Source: an uncultured Rhodospirillaceae bacterium
GTDB lineage: Bacteria; Pseudomonadota; Alphaproteobacteria; UBA8366
NCBI GenBank assembly: GCA_964408805.1
Contig: CAYPAV010000001.1
Span: 408,779-472,778 of the forward strand
Length of the DNA stretch: 64,000 bases
Direction of reading: 5' to 3'
A program made the position numbers and the translations under genes. Positions within the stretch are counted from its first letter, which is position 1; every line of letters starts with the position of its first letter. The notes beneath the pieces were generated by a model. It was not told where the DNA came from. It saw only the letters and a program-made list of their open reading frames with translations, and did not search any database. Positions 1-9,859 of the stretch are shown here, piece after piece.

Positions 1-2109
1 GAACTCGAATCGGCCCGCCGGACCGCCGACGAGACCGAGGCCGCGAAGACGGCCGCCGAAGCCGGCGAATCGGATCAACGGCAAAAAATGCAGGAAGCTC
101 AGAGTGTCCGCGACCGGCTTCTGGCCGAGGAAAGCGCGCTCACGGATCTCCTGAAGGGCGCCGAGTCGGACCTCTTTCCGCCGCTGATCGATGCGCTTGG
201 CGTGACCGCCGGCTACGAGGCGGCGCTCGGCTCGGCCCTCGACGACGATCTCTCCGCCCCGCTCGATAGTGCCGCGCCGGTGCATTGGAAGACCTTGCCG
301 CCGATTCCGTCGATGGCGCCATTGCCGGAAGGCGCCACGCCGCTCTCCGCGCTGGTCAACGGCCCGCCGGTAATCGCGCGTCGTCTGGATGCGGTCGGCG
401 TGATCGAGAATTCGGCCGACGGCGACCGCCTGCAGGGCGATCTCCTGCCCGGCCAGCGCTTGGTCAGCCGGGACGGCGGCTTGTGGCGCTGGGACGGGTT
501 CACGGTGACGGCCGGGGCGCAGACGCCGGCGGCGATCCGTTTGAGCCAGCGGAACCGTTTGAAAGAGGTGCAAGGACAGCGCGCCGGCGCGGAGACGGCG
601 TTCGAGTCCGCGAGCCGTGCCCACGCCGCCAGCCGCGAGGCCGTCGCGGCGGCGGTGGAGAGCGACCGCGCCGCCCGGGCGGCGCTGCAGGCGGCGTATG
701 ACCGCCTGGCCGCGGCGCGGAAGGAGCAAGGGGCCCTTGCCGATCAGACGGCGAGTGCGCGGTCCCGCCTTGCCGCCCTTTCCGATATGGCGGAACGGCT
801 GGGCGGCGATCTGGCCGAGACGCGGGAACAACGGGTCGCGATCGAAAGTTCGGTCGCCCGGCTGGTCGATCCCATCGAGACGCGGGCGGAAATCGAGCGC
901 GTACGCGAGGAGATCGGAAACCTTCGCACCGAGGAAGGCGAACGGCGAAGTGCCCATGATCGAATTGCCGCCGCTGCCGAGCAACGCGAAGCGCGCCTCG
1001 CCGCGATCGATCGCGAGAAGAGTTCCTGGGACGAACGGGCCGGGGGTGCAACGGCCCGCATCGCAGATCTCGAGTCTCGCTGCGAGACCACGCAAGAAGA
1101 GCGCGCGCGTCTGGCGGCCCGACCGGCGGAAATCGAAACCCAGCGGGCGGCCCTGTTGGACGGTCTGGAGGCCGCCGAGACGAAACGGAATGCGGCGGCC
1201 GATCGTCTGAGCGAGGCGGAGGAGAAGCTCGGCGAAGCGGATGCGGCGCTTCGACGCGCGGAAGCGGTGCTGGCCGCCGCGCGCGAGGACCGGGTGCGCG
1301 ACGAGGGCCGGGTCGAACAGGCCGCCGCCGAATGCAATGTCATTGCCGAGAGAATCGCCGAACGCCTGGAAAGCACGCCCGAGACCCTGCTGGCGGATGC
1401 CGAGATCGATCCCGAAACCGATTTTCCCGAGCGGGATGCGGTCGAAATCAAGCTCGAGCGTCTGATTCGCGAGCGCGACAATATGGGACCGGTCAACCTC
1501 CGCGCCGAGGCCGAGCTGGAGGAGCTTGAGGCGCAGATCGATTCGATGCGAACCGAACGCGAGGACCTTCTTGCCGCGATCGCCCGCCTTCGCCAGGGAA
1601 TCTCGACCTTGAACCGCGAGGGGCGCGAGCGGCTGCTGGCGGCCTTCGAGAACGTCAACCGACACTTCGAGGATCTCTTCACACGGCTCTTCGGCGGCGG
1701 CCGGGCGCATCTCGCCCTGACCGAGGCCGAGGACCCGCTCGAGGCGGGGTTGGAGATCATGGCCAGCCCGCCCGGCAAGAAATTGCAGGTAATGTCGCTG
1801 CTGTCGGGTGGCGAACAGGCACTGACGGCGCTGGCACTGCTATTCGCGGTCTTCCTCACCAATCCTGCACCGATCTGCATCCTGGACGAGGTCGACGCCC
1901 CCCTCGACGACGCCAATGTCGATCGGTTCTGCCGGCTGCTCCAGGAAATCGCTCATTCCGGGAAAACGCGGTTCATCATCGTCACCCATCACCGCCTGAC
2001 CATGGCCGGCGTGGACCGGCTTTTCGGCGTTACCATGGGCGAGCGCGGGGTCAGCCAGTTGGTTTCGGTTGATTTGCGCGAGGCGGCGGCCATGCGCGAT
2101 ACGGCATAG
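1..2109 (+). CDS. smc: Chromosome segregation protein SMC, C-terminal ~700 codons (5' end lies outside the window)
   Basis: The frame is open from nt 1 with no stop before the ATG at 88. Long Ala/Glu/Arg-rich coiled coil, then ABC signature LSGGEQALTALALLFAVF and Walker B ICILDEVDAPLDDANV near the C-terminus. Confidence 0.9.
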   Translation, partial: ELESARRTADETEAAKTAAEAGESDQRQKMQEAQSVRDRLLAEESALTDLLKGAESDLFPPLIDALGVTAGYEAALGSALDDDLSAPLDSAAPVHWKTLPPIPSMAPLPEGATPLSALVNGPPVIARRLDAVGVIENSADGDRLQGDLLPGQRLVSRDGGLWRWDGFTVTAGAQTPAAIRLSQRNRLKEVQGQRAGAETAFESASRAHAASREAVAAAVESDRAARAALQAAYDRLAAARKEQGALADQTASARSRLAALSDMAERLGGDLAETREQRVAIESSVARLVDPIETRAEIERVREEIGNLRTEEGERRSAHDRIAAAAEQREARLAAIDREKSSWDERAGGATARIADLESRCETTQEERARLAARPAEIETQRAALLDGLEAAETKRNAAADRLSEAEEKLGEADAALRRAEAVLAAAREDRVRDEGRVEQAAAECNVIAERIAERLESTPETLLADAEIDPETDFPERDAVEIKLERLIRERDNMGPVNLRAEAELEELEAQIDSMRTEREDLLAAIARLRQGISTLNREGRERLLAAFENVNRHFEDLFTRLFGGGRAHLALTEAEDPLEAGLEIMASPPGKKLQVMSLLSGGEQALTALALLFAVFLTNPAPICILDEVDAPLDDANVDRFCRLLQEIAHSGKTRFIIVTHHRLTMAGVDRLFGVTMGERGVSQLVSVDLREAAAMRDTA

Positions 2110-2156
2110 GCCCGGAAACGGCGGAAAAGTGCGGTTTCAGGGGCGATCCGGGCCGC

Positions 2157-2185
2157 TTGACTTGGCCAAAATCGACCTTTATGGT
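2157..2185 (+). promoter_or_regulatory. Candidate sigma70-type promoter for the F0 atp operon (TTGACT-17 nt-TATGGT)
   Basis: TTGACT at 2157-2162, a 17-nt spacer, then TATGGT at 2180-2185, about 50 nt upstream of the atpI ATG in the smc-atpI gap. Confidence 0.35.
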
Positions 2186-2235
2186 GCGCCCGCCTTCGAC
2201 GCCGCTTCGGGCGTCAATTCGGTATCGACGCGAGG

Positions 2236-2598
2236 ATGTCAGACGAGCGCCCTTCTACTTCGCTAAACGAACTCGACGCGAAGCTGCAAGCCGCCCGCGC
2301 CCATCGGCGCGCGACCGAACCGAAAGACGATGAAGGCGATACCCGGGCCGGGAGCGGTCTCGCGCTCGGGATGCGCGTCGGTCTCGAATTCGTTTCCGCG
2401 ATCGGCGTCGGGGTGGTAATCGGGCTGTTGCTGGATTACTGGCTCGAGACCAAGCCTTGGTTTCTGGTCGGCTTTTTCCTGTTGGGAAGTGTCGCGGGGT
2501 TTTTGAACGTGTTTCGGGTGATGAGCGGGTTTGGTTATGCCGCCGGTTACGGTTCGACCAAGAAAGATTCGACCAAGAAAGGCTCGGGGAGCGAATAG
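2236..2598 (+). CDS. atpI: F0F1 ATP synthase accessory protein I (AtpI-like small membrane protein)
   Basis: 120 aa, directly upstream of atpB. Two hydrophobic helices (GMRVGLEFVSAIGVGVVIGLLLDYW and WFLVGFFLLGSVAGFLNVF). The call rests on position and size. Confidence 0.7.
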   Translation: MSDERPSTSLNELDAKLQAARAHRRATEPKDDEGDTRAGSGLALGMRVGLEFVSAIGVGVVIGLLLDYWLETKPWFLVGFFLLGSVAGFLNVFRVMSGFGYAAGYGSTKKDSTKKGSGSE

Positions 2599-2607
2599 GG
2601 TTTAGCC

Positions 2608-3345
2608 ATGGCAGCAGGCGGCGGACACAGCCCGCTCGAACAATTCGTCATCAAGCGCATCGTCCCGGTCGAAATCGGCGGCGTCGACGTCTCGTTCACC
2701 AATTCGGCGCTTTTCATGATGATCGCGATCGTGCTCGCATCGGTCTTCCTGGTGCTGGGCATGCGCCGCAGCGCCATCGTGCCGGGCCGCTGGCAGGTCG
2801 CCGTCGAACTCTGTTACGAATTCATCGCCAATTTGCTGCGCGACACGGTCGGCCAGGAAGGCCGCAAATACTTCCCCGTCGTGTTCGCGCTGTTCATCTT
2901 CGTGCTGCTCGGCAACCTGCTCGGCATGGTGCCCTACAGCTTCACCTTTACGAGCCATATCGTCGTCACCTTCGCGATGGCGGCGGTCGTCTTCATCGGG
3001 GTGACCATCCTCGGATTCGTGAAGCACGGATTTCATTTCTTCACCATTTTCGCGCCGCCGGGAACGCCCTGGGTGATGTTGCCGCTGCTGGTGCCGATCG
3101 AGATCATCTCCTACCTCTCGCGCCCGATCAGCCTTTCGGTGCGGCTCTTCGCCAACATGCTGGCGGGCCACACGCTGCTCAAGGTGATCGCCGGTTTCAT
3201 CGCAGTCCTCGGGGTGGTCGGCGTGTTGCCGCTCGCCCTCGTGGTGGCGCTGACCGGGCTGGAGATCCTGATCGCCTTCTTGCAAGCCTATGTTTTCACT
3301 ATTCTGACGTGCCTCTATATCAACGACGCGATTCACCTACATTAG
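2608..3345 (+). CDS. atpB: ATP synthase F0 subunit a
   Basis: 245 aa polytopic protein with the conserved Arg motif [18 protein letters not shown], in an atpI-a-c-b'-b context. Confidence 0.95.
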   Translation: MAAGGGHSPLEQFVIKRIVPVEIGGVDVSFTNSALFMMIAIVLASVFLVLGMRRSAIVPGRWQVAVELCYEFIANLLRDTVGQEGRKYFPVVFALFIFVLLGNLLGMVPYSFTFTSHIVVTFAMAAVVFIGVTILGFVKHGFHFFTIFAPPGTPWVMLPLLVPIEIISYLSRPISLSVRLFANMLAGHTLLKVIAGFIAVLGVVGVLPLALVVALTGLEILIAFLQAYVFTILTCLYINDAIHLH

Positions 3346-3417
3346 AACGCGGATCGCGCGGGGCCGCCGAACCAAAACCGTTTAACGAAGCAACACTATC
3401 TGGAAGAGGACAAAAAA

Positions 3418-3642
3418 ATGGATGCAGATGCCGCAAAGCTCATCGGTGCCGGTCTTGCCGTCATTGGCATGATCGGCTCGGGAATCGGTATCGGAAGCGT
3501 ATTCTCGTCGTTCATTCTGGCGGTCGGCCGCAACCCCGCCGCTCGCGGCGAGGTGTTCACGATGACGATGCTGGGCTTCGCGCTCGTGGAGGCGATCGCA
3601 CTTTTCGCCCTCGTCATCGCGCTTCTGATCCTGTTCGGCTGA
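3418..3642 (+). CDS. atpE: ATP synthase F0 subunit c
   Basis: 74 aa hairpin proteolipid with loop GRNPAARG and the proton-binding Glu in FALVEAIALF. Confidence 0.95.
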   Translation: MDADAAKLIGAGLAVIGMIGSGIGIGSVFSSFILAVGRNPAARGEVFTMTMLGFALVEAIALFALVIALLILFG

Positions 3643-3670
3643 TCGGCCGCCCTAGACTGGGCGACGACAG

Positions 3671-4165
3671 ATGCCGCAGCTCGATCCGTCGACATATCCA
3701 ACGCAGCTCGTTTGGCTGCTGATCACCTTCGCGATCCTGTTCCTCGTTGTGTGGCGCATGGCGTTGCCCCGAATTACCCAGGTGCGCGACAGCCGGCAGC
3801 GCCGAATCGAGGATGATCTGCAACGGGCCGAATCGCTTCGCGAGGAAGCCGAAACGGTGCTGGCGGTTCTGGAGAAGTCGCATGCCGACGCGGCCGAGGA
3901 GGCGTTGCGAATTCACCGCGAAGCCGCTCAGGCAATGTCCGAGGCTCGGGCCGAGAAGCAAGCCGAGGTCGCCGCCAGGCTGGCCGAGGAGACGGGGGCC
4001 GCCGAGCAACGGATCGCGGGCGAGAAAGACCGTGCCGCAACGACCATTCCCAACGTCGCGGCGGATGTGGTCCGCGCGGCGGTTGAACGCCTGGTTGGTG
4101 CTAGGGTCGGGGAAGTCGAAATTGAAACGGCGATCCAGGCGGCCGGGCGGAGGGGCGAGGGATGA
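3671..4165 (+). CDS. atpF2: ATP synthase F0 subunit b'
   Basis: 164 aa with a single N-terminal TM (LVWLLITFAILFLVVW) followed by a long charged Ala/Glu/Arg helix. It is the first of two b-type genes, as in alphaproteobacterial F0 operons. Confidence 0.85.
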   Translation: MPQLDPSTYPTQLVWLLITFAILFLVVWRMALPRITQVRDSRQRRIEDDLQRAESLREEAETVLAVLEKSHADAAEEALRIHREAAQAMSEARAEKQAEVAARLAEETGAAEQRIAGEKDRAATTIPNVAADVVRAAVERLVGARVGEVEIETAIQAAGRRGEG

Positions 4166-4653
4166 GTGCCTTGATCCACGATCCGACCTTCTGGGTACTG
4201 ATCTCGTTCATTCTGTTCGTGATCGCGGTCTACAAGCCGATCAAGAAGGCGATGCTCGGCGGGTTGGATGCGCGTATCGCCGAAATCCGCCGCGAGGTCG
4301 AGGACGCCGAGAAGCTGCGCGAGGAAGCGCAATCACTGCTCGCCAACTACCAGCGCCAGCAACGCCAGGCGATACAGGATGCCGAGGCGATCGTCGAGAA
4401 GGCCCGCGAGGACGCCGAACGCCACAAGACAGAAGCCGAGGACGCGATCACGGAAATGGTGCGCCGACAGGAAGAGCAGGCGACGGAAAAGATCGCCCAG
4501 GCCGAGGCCGCCGCCGTTCAAGAGGTCCGCGAGATGGCGGTCGATCTCGCCATCGCCGCGTCCGAGCGGCTGTTGGCGGAGCGCCTGTCGGGCGCCGAGG
4601 GCGAGGCCCTGGTCGACAAGGCGATCGAGGATCTGCCGACGAAGCTTCAATAG
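4162..4653 (+). CDS. atpF: ATP synthase F0 subunit b
   Basis: 163 aa with an N-terminal TM (FWVLISFILFVIAVY) plus a charged helix. Its ATG overlaps the b' stop (ATGA at 4162-4165). Confidence 0.85.
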   Translation: MSALIHDPTFWVLISFILFVIAVYKPIKKAMLGGLDARIAEIRREVEDAEKLREEAQSLLANYQRQQRQAIQDAEAIVEKAREDAERHKTEAEDAITEMVRRQEEQATEKIAQAEAAAVQEVREMAVDLAIAASERLLAERLSGAEGEALVDKAIEDLPTKLQ

Positions 4654-4676
4654 ACGCCGGCGACGACAGCGCGACT

Positions 4677-6386
4677 CTATCCGTCTTGGCTCTTACCCGC
4701 CGCCAAGAGAAAATCGAAATCGCAGCCCTGATCCGCTTGCAAGACATGGTCCTGGTAGAGCTTGGCATAGCCCCGGGGCTCCGCCGGCACGGGCTTCCAC
4801 TCGGCACGGCGGCGGGCTAGTTCTTCCTCTTCCACCAGGAGGTCGATCCGGCGGTCCTTGACCGAAAGGCGGATCCGGTCGCCGGTGCGAACGAGACCCA
4901 GCGGCGCGCCCTCGGCCGCTTCCGGAGTGACATGCAGCACGATGGTGCCGAAGGCGGTGCCGCTCATCCGGGCGTCGGAAATGCGCACCATGTCCTTGAC
5001 CCCGGCCCGGGCCAGCTTGCCCGGGATCGGCAGATAGCCGCATTCCGGCATGCCGTAGCCGCTCTTCGGTCCGGCATTTTGTAACACCAGAAAATCGTTT
5101 TCGGTGACGTCGAGGTTGGGATCGTCGATGCGATCGGCCAGATCGGCGGGGGAAGTGAAGACGACGGCGCGGCCCTCGCTTTCAAACAGGGTGTCGTCCG
5201 CCGCCGCCCGCTTCAGGATGGCGCCCTTCGGCGCCAGCGACCCGAACAGCGCCACCAACCCGCCGAGCGGGTAATGCGGTTCACCGATCGGCCGGATGAT
5301 ATTGCGGTCGATATGGCCCGGATCTTCCTCGAGGCGGTCCCCCAGCGTCTCGCCCGCAACGTTTTCGGTATCGAGATGCAGGAGCGGCTTCAATTCGCGA
5401 AGCACGGCGCCGAGGCCGCCACCTGCGAAGAAATCCTCCATGTAGTTGTCGCCGGACGGCTTCAAATTAACCAGCACCGGGGTCTCGTCGCTGATCTCGT
5501 TCAACCGGTCGAGCGAGATTTCCACCCCAGCCCGGCCGGCGATCGCGGTTAGATGGATGATCCCGTTCGTTGAGCCGCCGATGGCCAGCAGGACGCGAAG
5601 CGCGTTTTCGACCGATTTCTCCGTCACGATGCGATCCGGCGCGATCTCCGCGGCCGCCATTTCAACCGCGCGCTTGCCGCTCTCCTCGGCGGCTCGAAGA
5701 CGATCGGCGTGTACCGCCGGAATCGCCGCCGTTCCCGGCAAGGCCATGCCGAGCGCCTCGGTGATGCAGGCCATGGTGCTTGCCGTTCCCATGACCGGGC
5801 AGGTGCCGGCGGTGGTTGCAAGGCGGGATTCGATGTTCTCGATTTCGCCCTCCCCCAACTCGCCGGCGCGGTACATCGCCCAGAACCGGCGGCAGTCGGT
5901 GCACGCCCCCACCCGTTCGCCGTCATACATCCCGGTCATCATCGGCCCGCCGATCAACTGGATCGCCGGACGTCCGGCGGAGACCGCGCCCATCAACTGC
6001 GCCGGCACCGTCTTGTCGCAGCCGCCGACCAGGACGACCGCGTCCATCGGCTGCGCCTTGATCATCTCCTCGGTGTCCATCGACATCAGATTGCGGAACA
6101 TCATGGAGGTCGGAAACAGCATGGATTCCGCCAGCGAGACGGTGGGGAAGACGATCGGCAGGCCGCCCGCGGCAAGGACACCCCGCTTTACCGCTTCGAT
6201 CTGCTCGGGGAAATTCCGATGGCAATTGTTGTAGCCGCTGCCGGAATCGGCGATTCCGACGACCGGTTTCTCCAGGCTCTCCAGGCTGTAGCCCATTGCC
6301 TTGGCGAAGGACCGCCGGAGGTAGAGCGAGAAATCCCGATCCCCGTAATTGGTCAACCCGCGTCGGAGTCCGGTCTCGTCGGTCAT
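4677..6386 (-). CDS. IlvD/Edd family dehydratase (dihydroxy-acid or sugar-acid dehydratase; substrate not assignable)
   Basis: 569 aa with family blocks VLVGGCDKTVPAQLMGA, GTCPVMGTASTM and SDARMSGTAFG. It is shorter than canonical ~615 aa IlvD, so the specific substrate is left open. Confidence 0.85.
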   Translation of the reverse strand: MTDETGLRRGLTNYGDRDFSLYLRRSFAKAMGYSLESLEKPVVGIADSGSGYNNCHRNFPEQIEAVKRGVLAAGGLPIVFPTVSLAESMLFPTSMMFRNLMSMDTEEMIKAQPMDAVVLVGGCDKTVPAQLMGAVSAGRPAIQLIGGPMMTGMYDGERVGACTDCRRFWAMYRAGELGEGEIENIESRLATTAGTCPVMGTASTMACITEALGMALPGTAAIPAVHADRLRAAEESGKRAVEMAAAEIAPDRIVTEKSVENALRVLLAIGGSTNGIIHLTAIAGRAGVEISLDRLNEISDETPVLVNLKPSGDNYMEDFFAGGGLGAVLRELKPLLHLDTENVAGETLGDRLEEDPGHIDRNIIRPIGEPHYPLGGLVALFGSLAPKGAILKRAAADDTLFESEGRAVVFTSPADLADRIDDPNLDVTENDFLVLQNAGPKSGYGMPECGYLPIPGKLARAGVKDMVRISDARMSGTAFGTIVLHVTPEAAEGAPLGLVRTGDRIRLSVKDRRIDLLVEEEELARRRAEWKPVPAEPRGYAKLYQDHVLQADQGCDFDFLLAAGKSQDG

Positions 6387-6445
6387 GCTGGTGTTTCCTT
6401 CATGGGTCTTGCCATGCCGTTAAACTTGCCTGCGATGGCGCGGCG

Positions 6446-7792
6446 TCAGTTGCCGGCGACGGTCATGCCGTCGATGCGGAGGGTCGGGGCGTCGGTGCCG
6501 TATTTGAATTTGAGGTCGTTGGCCGGCGTCAGATTGAGAAACATGTCCTTCAGATTTCCGGCGATCGTCATCTCGCTCACCGGATAGGCGATCTCGCCCT
6601 TCTCGATCCAGAAACCGGCCGCCCCTCGGCTGTAATCGCCGGTGACGTTGTTGATGCCGAAGCCCATCAGCTCGGTCACGTAGAAGCCCTGGTCGATATC
6701 GGCGATGAGCTGCTCGGGCGTCGCCTGGCCCGCGACCAGGTACAGGTTGGTCGTGCTGGGGCTGGGCGGTGAGGAGGGGCCGCGCGCGGCGCGGGCCGTG
6801 CTCGGAAGGTCGAGCTGACGCGCCGTCGAAAGATCAAGCACCCAATTGGTCAGCACGCCGTCTTCGACCAGATGCATGGCCTCGTTGGCGAGTCCTTCCG
6901 CGTCGAAGGGTTTTGAATTGTGGCCCCGGAGCCGGCGCGGGTCGTCGATGATCTGGATGCCCTCGGCGAAGATCCGTTCGCCCATCTTGTCCTTCAGGAA
7001 GCTCGTGCCGCGCGCGACGGCGGCACCGTTGGCGGCGCTCGCGAGATGTCGGGGCAGGCCGCTGGCGATGCGCGGCGCATAGACGACGGGAACCTGCTGG
7101 GTGTCGACTTTTCGCGGATTCAACCGGCTGACCGCGCGCTCGCCCGCGGTTTGGCCGACGATCTCCGGCGTCTCCAGGTCTTCGGCGAAAGTGGCGCTGG
7201 TCGAATCGTAGTCGCGCTCCATCCCGGTGCCTTCGCCCGCCAGCACCGCGACCCAGAAACCATGGCCCGAGGTCCGGTAGCCGCCGGCGAACCCGTTCGA
7301 GGCCACAAGGGCGATATCGGCGCTCGACCATGAAGCCTCGGCCCCTTCGGAATTGTTGACGCCGTTGACCGCAAGCGCCGCCGCTTCGCAATCGTGCGCA
7401 CGCGTCGCCAGCGTCTCGCCCGAGGGTTCGGCCTCGTCGGCGATCGCAAGATCGGGAATTTCGCCGGTCAGGCGCTCGGCCGGATCGGCGAGGCCGCAAT
7501 AGGCATCATCCGGCACCGCCTTTGCCATCGATAGGGCCCGCTCGACCAGTTCGTCGAGGGCCGCCGCCGCCGGGTCGGTCGAGGACGCGACCGCTTGCTT
7601 TTGCCCGATGAAGACGCGAAGCCCGAGATCGCGGGTTTCCGACCGCTCGATCTTCTCGACGCCCCCCAGGCGCTCGGCATGCGAGACCGCGATCGATTTG
7701 AAATCGACCGCGTCGGCCGCGTCGGCGCCTGCTGCCAGGGCCTTTCGGATCAAGTCTTCCAGCAAGTCGAGCGTATCTTCCTGGCGCGCCAT
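6446..7792 (-). CDS. pmbA: TldD/PmbA family protein, PmbA (TldE)-type
   Basis: 448 aa with the C-terminal family block VTGDYSRGAAGFWIEKGEIAYPV. It lacks the HExxxH present in the TldD paralog at 23651. Confidence 0.85.
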   Translation of the reverse strand: MARQEDTLDLLEDLIRKALAAGADAADAVDFKSIAVSHAERLGGVEKIERSETRDLGLRVFIGQKQAVASSTDPAAAALDELVERALSMAKAVPDDAYCGLADPAERLTGEIPDLAIADEAEPSGETLATRAHDCEAAALAVNGVNNSEGAEASWSSADIALVASNGFAGGYRTSGHGFWVAVLAGEGTGMERDYDSTSATFAEDLETPEIVGQTAGERAVSRLNPRKVDTQQVPVVYAPRIASGLPRHLASAANGAAVARGTSFLKDKMGERIFAEGIQIIDDPRRLRGHNSKPFDAEGLANEAMHLVEDGVLTNWVLDLSTARQLDLPSTARAARGPSSPPSPSTTNLYLVAGQATPEQLIADIDQGFYVTELMGFGINNVTGDYSRGAAGFWIEKGEIAYPVSEMTIAGNLKDMFLNLTPANDLKFKYGTDAPTLRIDGMTVAGN

Positions 7793-7869
7793 TCCGTGCG
7801 TCCTCGTCGCTAATTTTGTTCGGTCTCAGGTGTAGCCGTCCCGCTCCCGCCTGTCCAATCGCCAGCACT

Positions 7870-8115
7870 TCAGGATTGCAGGCGCCAGATCACGATCAGC
7901 AGGACGAGCAGGAAAAGAGTCATCAGGAACTGCAGGCGGGCGCGGGCGAATTGGGTCGGCGTCACCTGTTCGTCGGGATCGTCGCCGCGCCCGGCGCGCG
8001 TCGCGCGCTTGGCCAAATCACGGCGTTTCAGGAAAATCCCGAACAGCACGCCGAACGCCAGCAGCGTCCCGATGATCCAGCTGTATTTCTGCAGGAAGGC
8101 GAGAAAATCGTTCAT
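7870..8115 (-). CDS. Small hypothetical membrane protein (2 TM)
   Basis: 81 aa with two clear hydrophobic helices (WIIGTLLAFGVLFGIFL and LMTLFLLVLLIVIW) separated by a charged loop. No family recognised. Confidence 0.5.
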   Translation of the reverse strand: MNDFLAFLQKYSWIIGTLLAFGVLFGIFLKRRDLAKRATRAGRGDDPDEQVTPTQFARARLQFLMTLFLLVLLIVIWRLQS

Positions 8116-8138
8116 AGAGTACTCGCACCGCGCTGTTG

Positions 8139-8172
8139 CCCGGCCCTCTCCTGCAACCGGGAAAGGGCCGGG
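8139..8172 (-). terminator. GC-rich hairpin just downstream of leuA (9-bp stem, 16-nt loop)
   Basis: CCCGGCCCT (8139-8147) pairs with AGGGCCGGG (8164-8172), 11 nt after the leuA stop. No U-tract follows, so terminator function is uncertain. Confidence 0.3.
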
Positions 8173-8182
8173 GTGACTCCCG

Positions 8183-9859
8183 TCATCCGCCGTTCCGGAT
8201 CGCCCGGTTGACGGCGCAGGTGACGGCGATCAGCGAGGCCGAGACGATGTTCGGGTCCTGGCCGATACCGTATAAATGGGTGCCGTCGACCTCGGTCTCG
8301 ACAAAGGCGATGGCAGTGGCGTCGGAGCCGCCGCCAACCGAGTGTTCGGAATAGCTGAACACCTTGATGTCGCGGCCCGAATCCTTCTTCAGGGCATCGA
8401 CATAGGCGTCGATCGGTCCGTTGCCCGTACCTTCGATCTCGATCTCCTTGCCGTCCCGCTTCATCTTCGCCGAGAGCAGCCGCTTCTCCGAGGCGTGGGT
8501 ATCGGCCCGGGTCTGGTGTTCGACGAACTCGTAGGGCGACTTGGCCCCGAGATATTCCTGCACAAAGGCGCTCCAGATATCCTCCGGCGTCTGCTCCTCG
8601 CCGGTGTGGTCGGAAATCTTCTGGACGGCACTCGAGAACTCGACCTGGAGTGCGCGCGGCATCTGGATACCGAACTCGGTCTCCATGATATAGGAAATGC
8701 CGCCCTTGCCGGACTGGCTGTTGATGCGGATCACCGCCTCGTAGGAAGCGCCGACATCGTTGGGATCGATCGGCAGGTAGGGCACATCCCAAACCTGGCT
8801 GTTCGAGTTTTCCATCGCCTTCAGCCCCTTGTTGATGGCGTCCTGATGGCTGCCGGAGAAGGCGGTGAAGACGAGATCGCCCGCGTAAGGATGGCGCGGA
8901 TGCACGGGCAGCTGGTTGCAATATTCGGCGACCGACCGCAATTCCCGCATGTTCCGCATATCCAGCTTCGAATCGACCCCCTGGCTCACCATGTTCATGG
9001 CCAGAGTGATGACGTCGACATTGCCGGTGCGCTCGCCATTGCCAAAGAGGGTGCCCTCGATCCGGTCGGCCCCGGCCATGACGCCGAACTCCGCCGCCGC
9101 GACGCCCGTCCCCCGGTCGTTATGGGGATGCAGCGACAGGATGACGCAATCGCGCTTCGAGAAATTACGGTGCATCCACTCGATCTGGTCGGCGTATATG
9201 TTGGCAGTCGCGGCCTCGACGGTGGCCGGCAGGTTGATGATGGTCTTGTCCTCGGGCGTCGGCTGCCAGACGTCCATCACCGCTTCGCAAACCTCCATTG
9301 CGTAGGGCAGTTCGGTCTGGGTGAAGCTTTCGGGCGAATATTGATGGATGATCTTGGTATTCGGCACGCTCGGCACCAGCTCCTTGATCAGCTCGGCCGC
9401 GTCGACGGCGATCTTCTGAACCCCCGCCATGTCGAGGCTGAAAACCACCCGGCGCTGGGTCGTCGAGGTGGAATTATAGAGATGCATGATCGCTTGCTTG
9501 GCGCCGTCGACGGCCTCGAACGAGCGCCGGATCAGCTCTTCCCGCGCTTGCGTTAGGACCTGGATTACCACGTCGTCGGGGATCAGGTTCTCGTCGATGA
9601 TCTTGCGGCAGAATTCGAAATCGGTTTCCGAGGCCGACGGGAACCCGACCTCGATCTCCTTGAAACCCATCTCGCAGAGCTTTTGGAACATCCTGAGTTT
9701 GCGTTCGGGCCCCATCGGTTCGATCAGCGCCTGGTTGCCGTCGCGAAGATCGACCGAGCACCAGGTCGGGCATTGGGTGATCGTATTGCCGGGCCAGGTC
9801 CGGTCCGGCAGGTCGATCGGCGTGAAGGGTTTGTATTTCTCGACAGGCATGATGGCCAT
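8183..9859 (-). CDS. leuA: 2-isopropylmalate synthase (long form)
   Basis: 558 aa with WCSVDLRDGNQ, the HPHNDRGTGVAAAE metal-site block and a C-terminal regulatory domain. AGGAG lies 8 nt before the ATG. Confidence 0.95.
   Translation of the reverse strand: MAIMPVEKYKPFTPIDLPDRTWPGNTITQCPTWCSVDLRDGNQALIEPMGPERKLRMFQKLCEMGFKEIEVGFPSASETDFEFCRKIIDENLIPDDVVIQVLTQAREELIRRSFEAVDGAKQAIMHLYNSTSTTQRRVVFSLDMAGVQKIAVDAAELIKELVPSVPNTKIIHQYSPESFTQTELPYAMEVCEAVMDVWQPTPEDKTIINLPATVEAATANIYADQIEWMHRNFSKRDCVILSLHPHNDRGTGVAAAEFGVMAGADRIEGTLFGNGERTGNVDVITLAMNMVSQGVDSKLDMRNMRELRSVAEYCNQLPVHPRHPYAGDLVFTAFSGSHQDAINKGLKAMENSNSQVWDVPYLPIDPNDVGASYEAVIRINSQSGKGGISYIMETEFGIQMPRALQVEFSSAVQKISDHTGEEQTPEDIWSAFVQEYLGAKSPYEFVEHQTRADTHASEKRLLSAKMKRDGKEIEIEGTGNGPIDAYVDALKKDSGRDIKVFSYSEHSVGGGSDATAIAFVETEVDGTHLYGIGQDPNIVSASLIAVTCAVNRAIRNGG

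Noticed and set aside
744-1916. 390-aa ORF antisense to smc
   Set aside because: Ser/Arg/Ala-rich low-complexity translation, entirely inside a well-supported gene on the other strand. This is the typical shadow ORF of a high-GC genome.
2457-3722. 421-aa plus-strand ORF spanning atpI, atpB and atpE in another frame
   Set aside because: The product is Arg/Gly/His-rich with no membrane character. It overlaps three genes with unmistakable ATP-synthase motifs.
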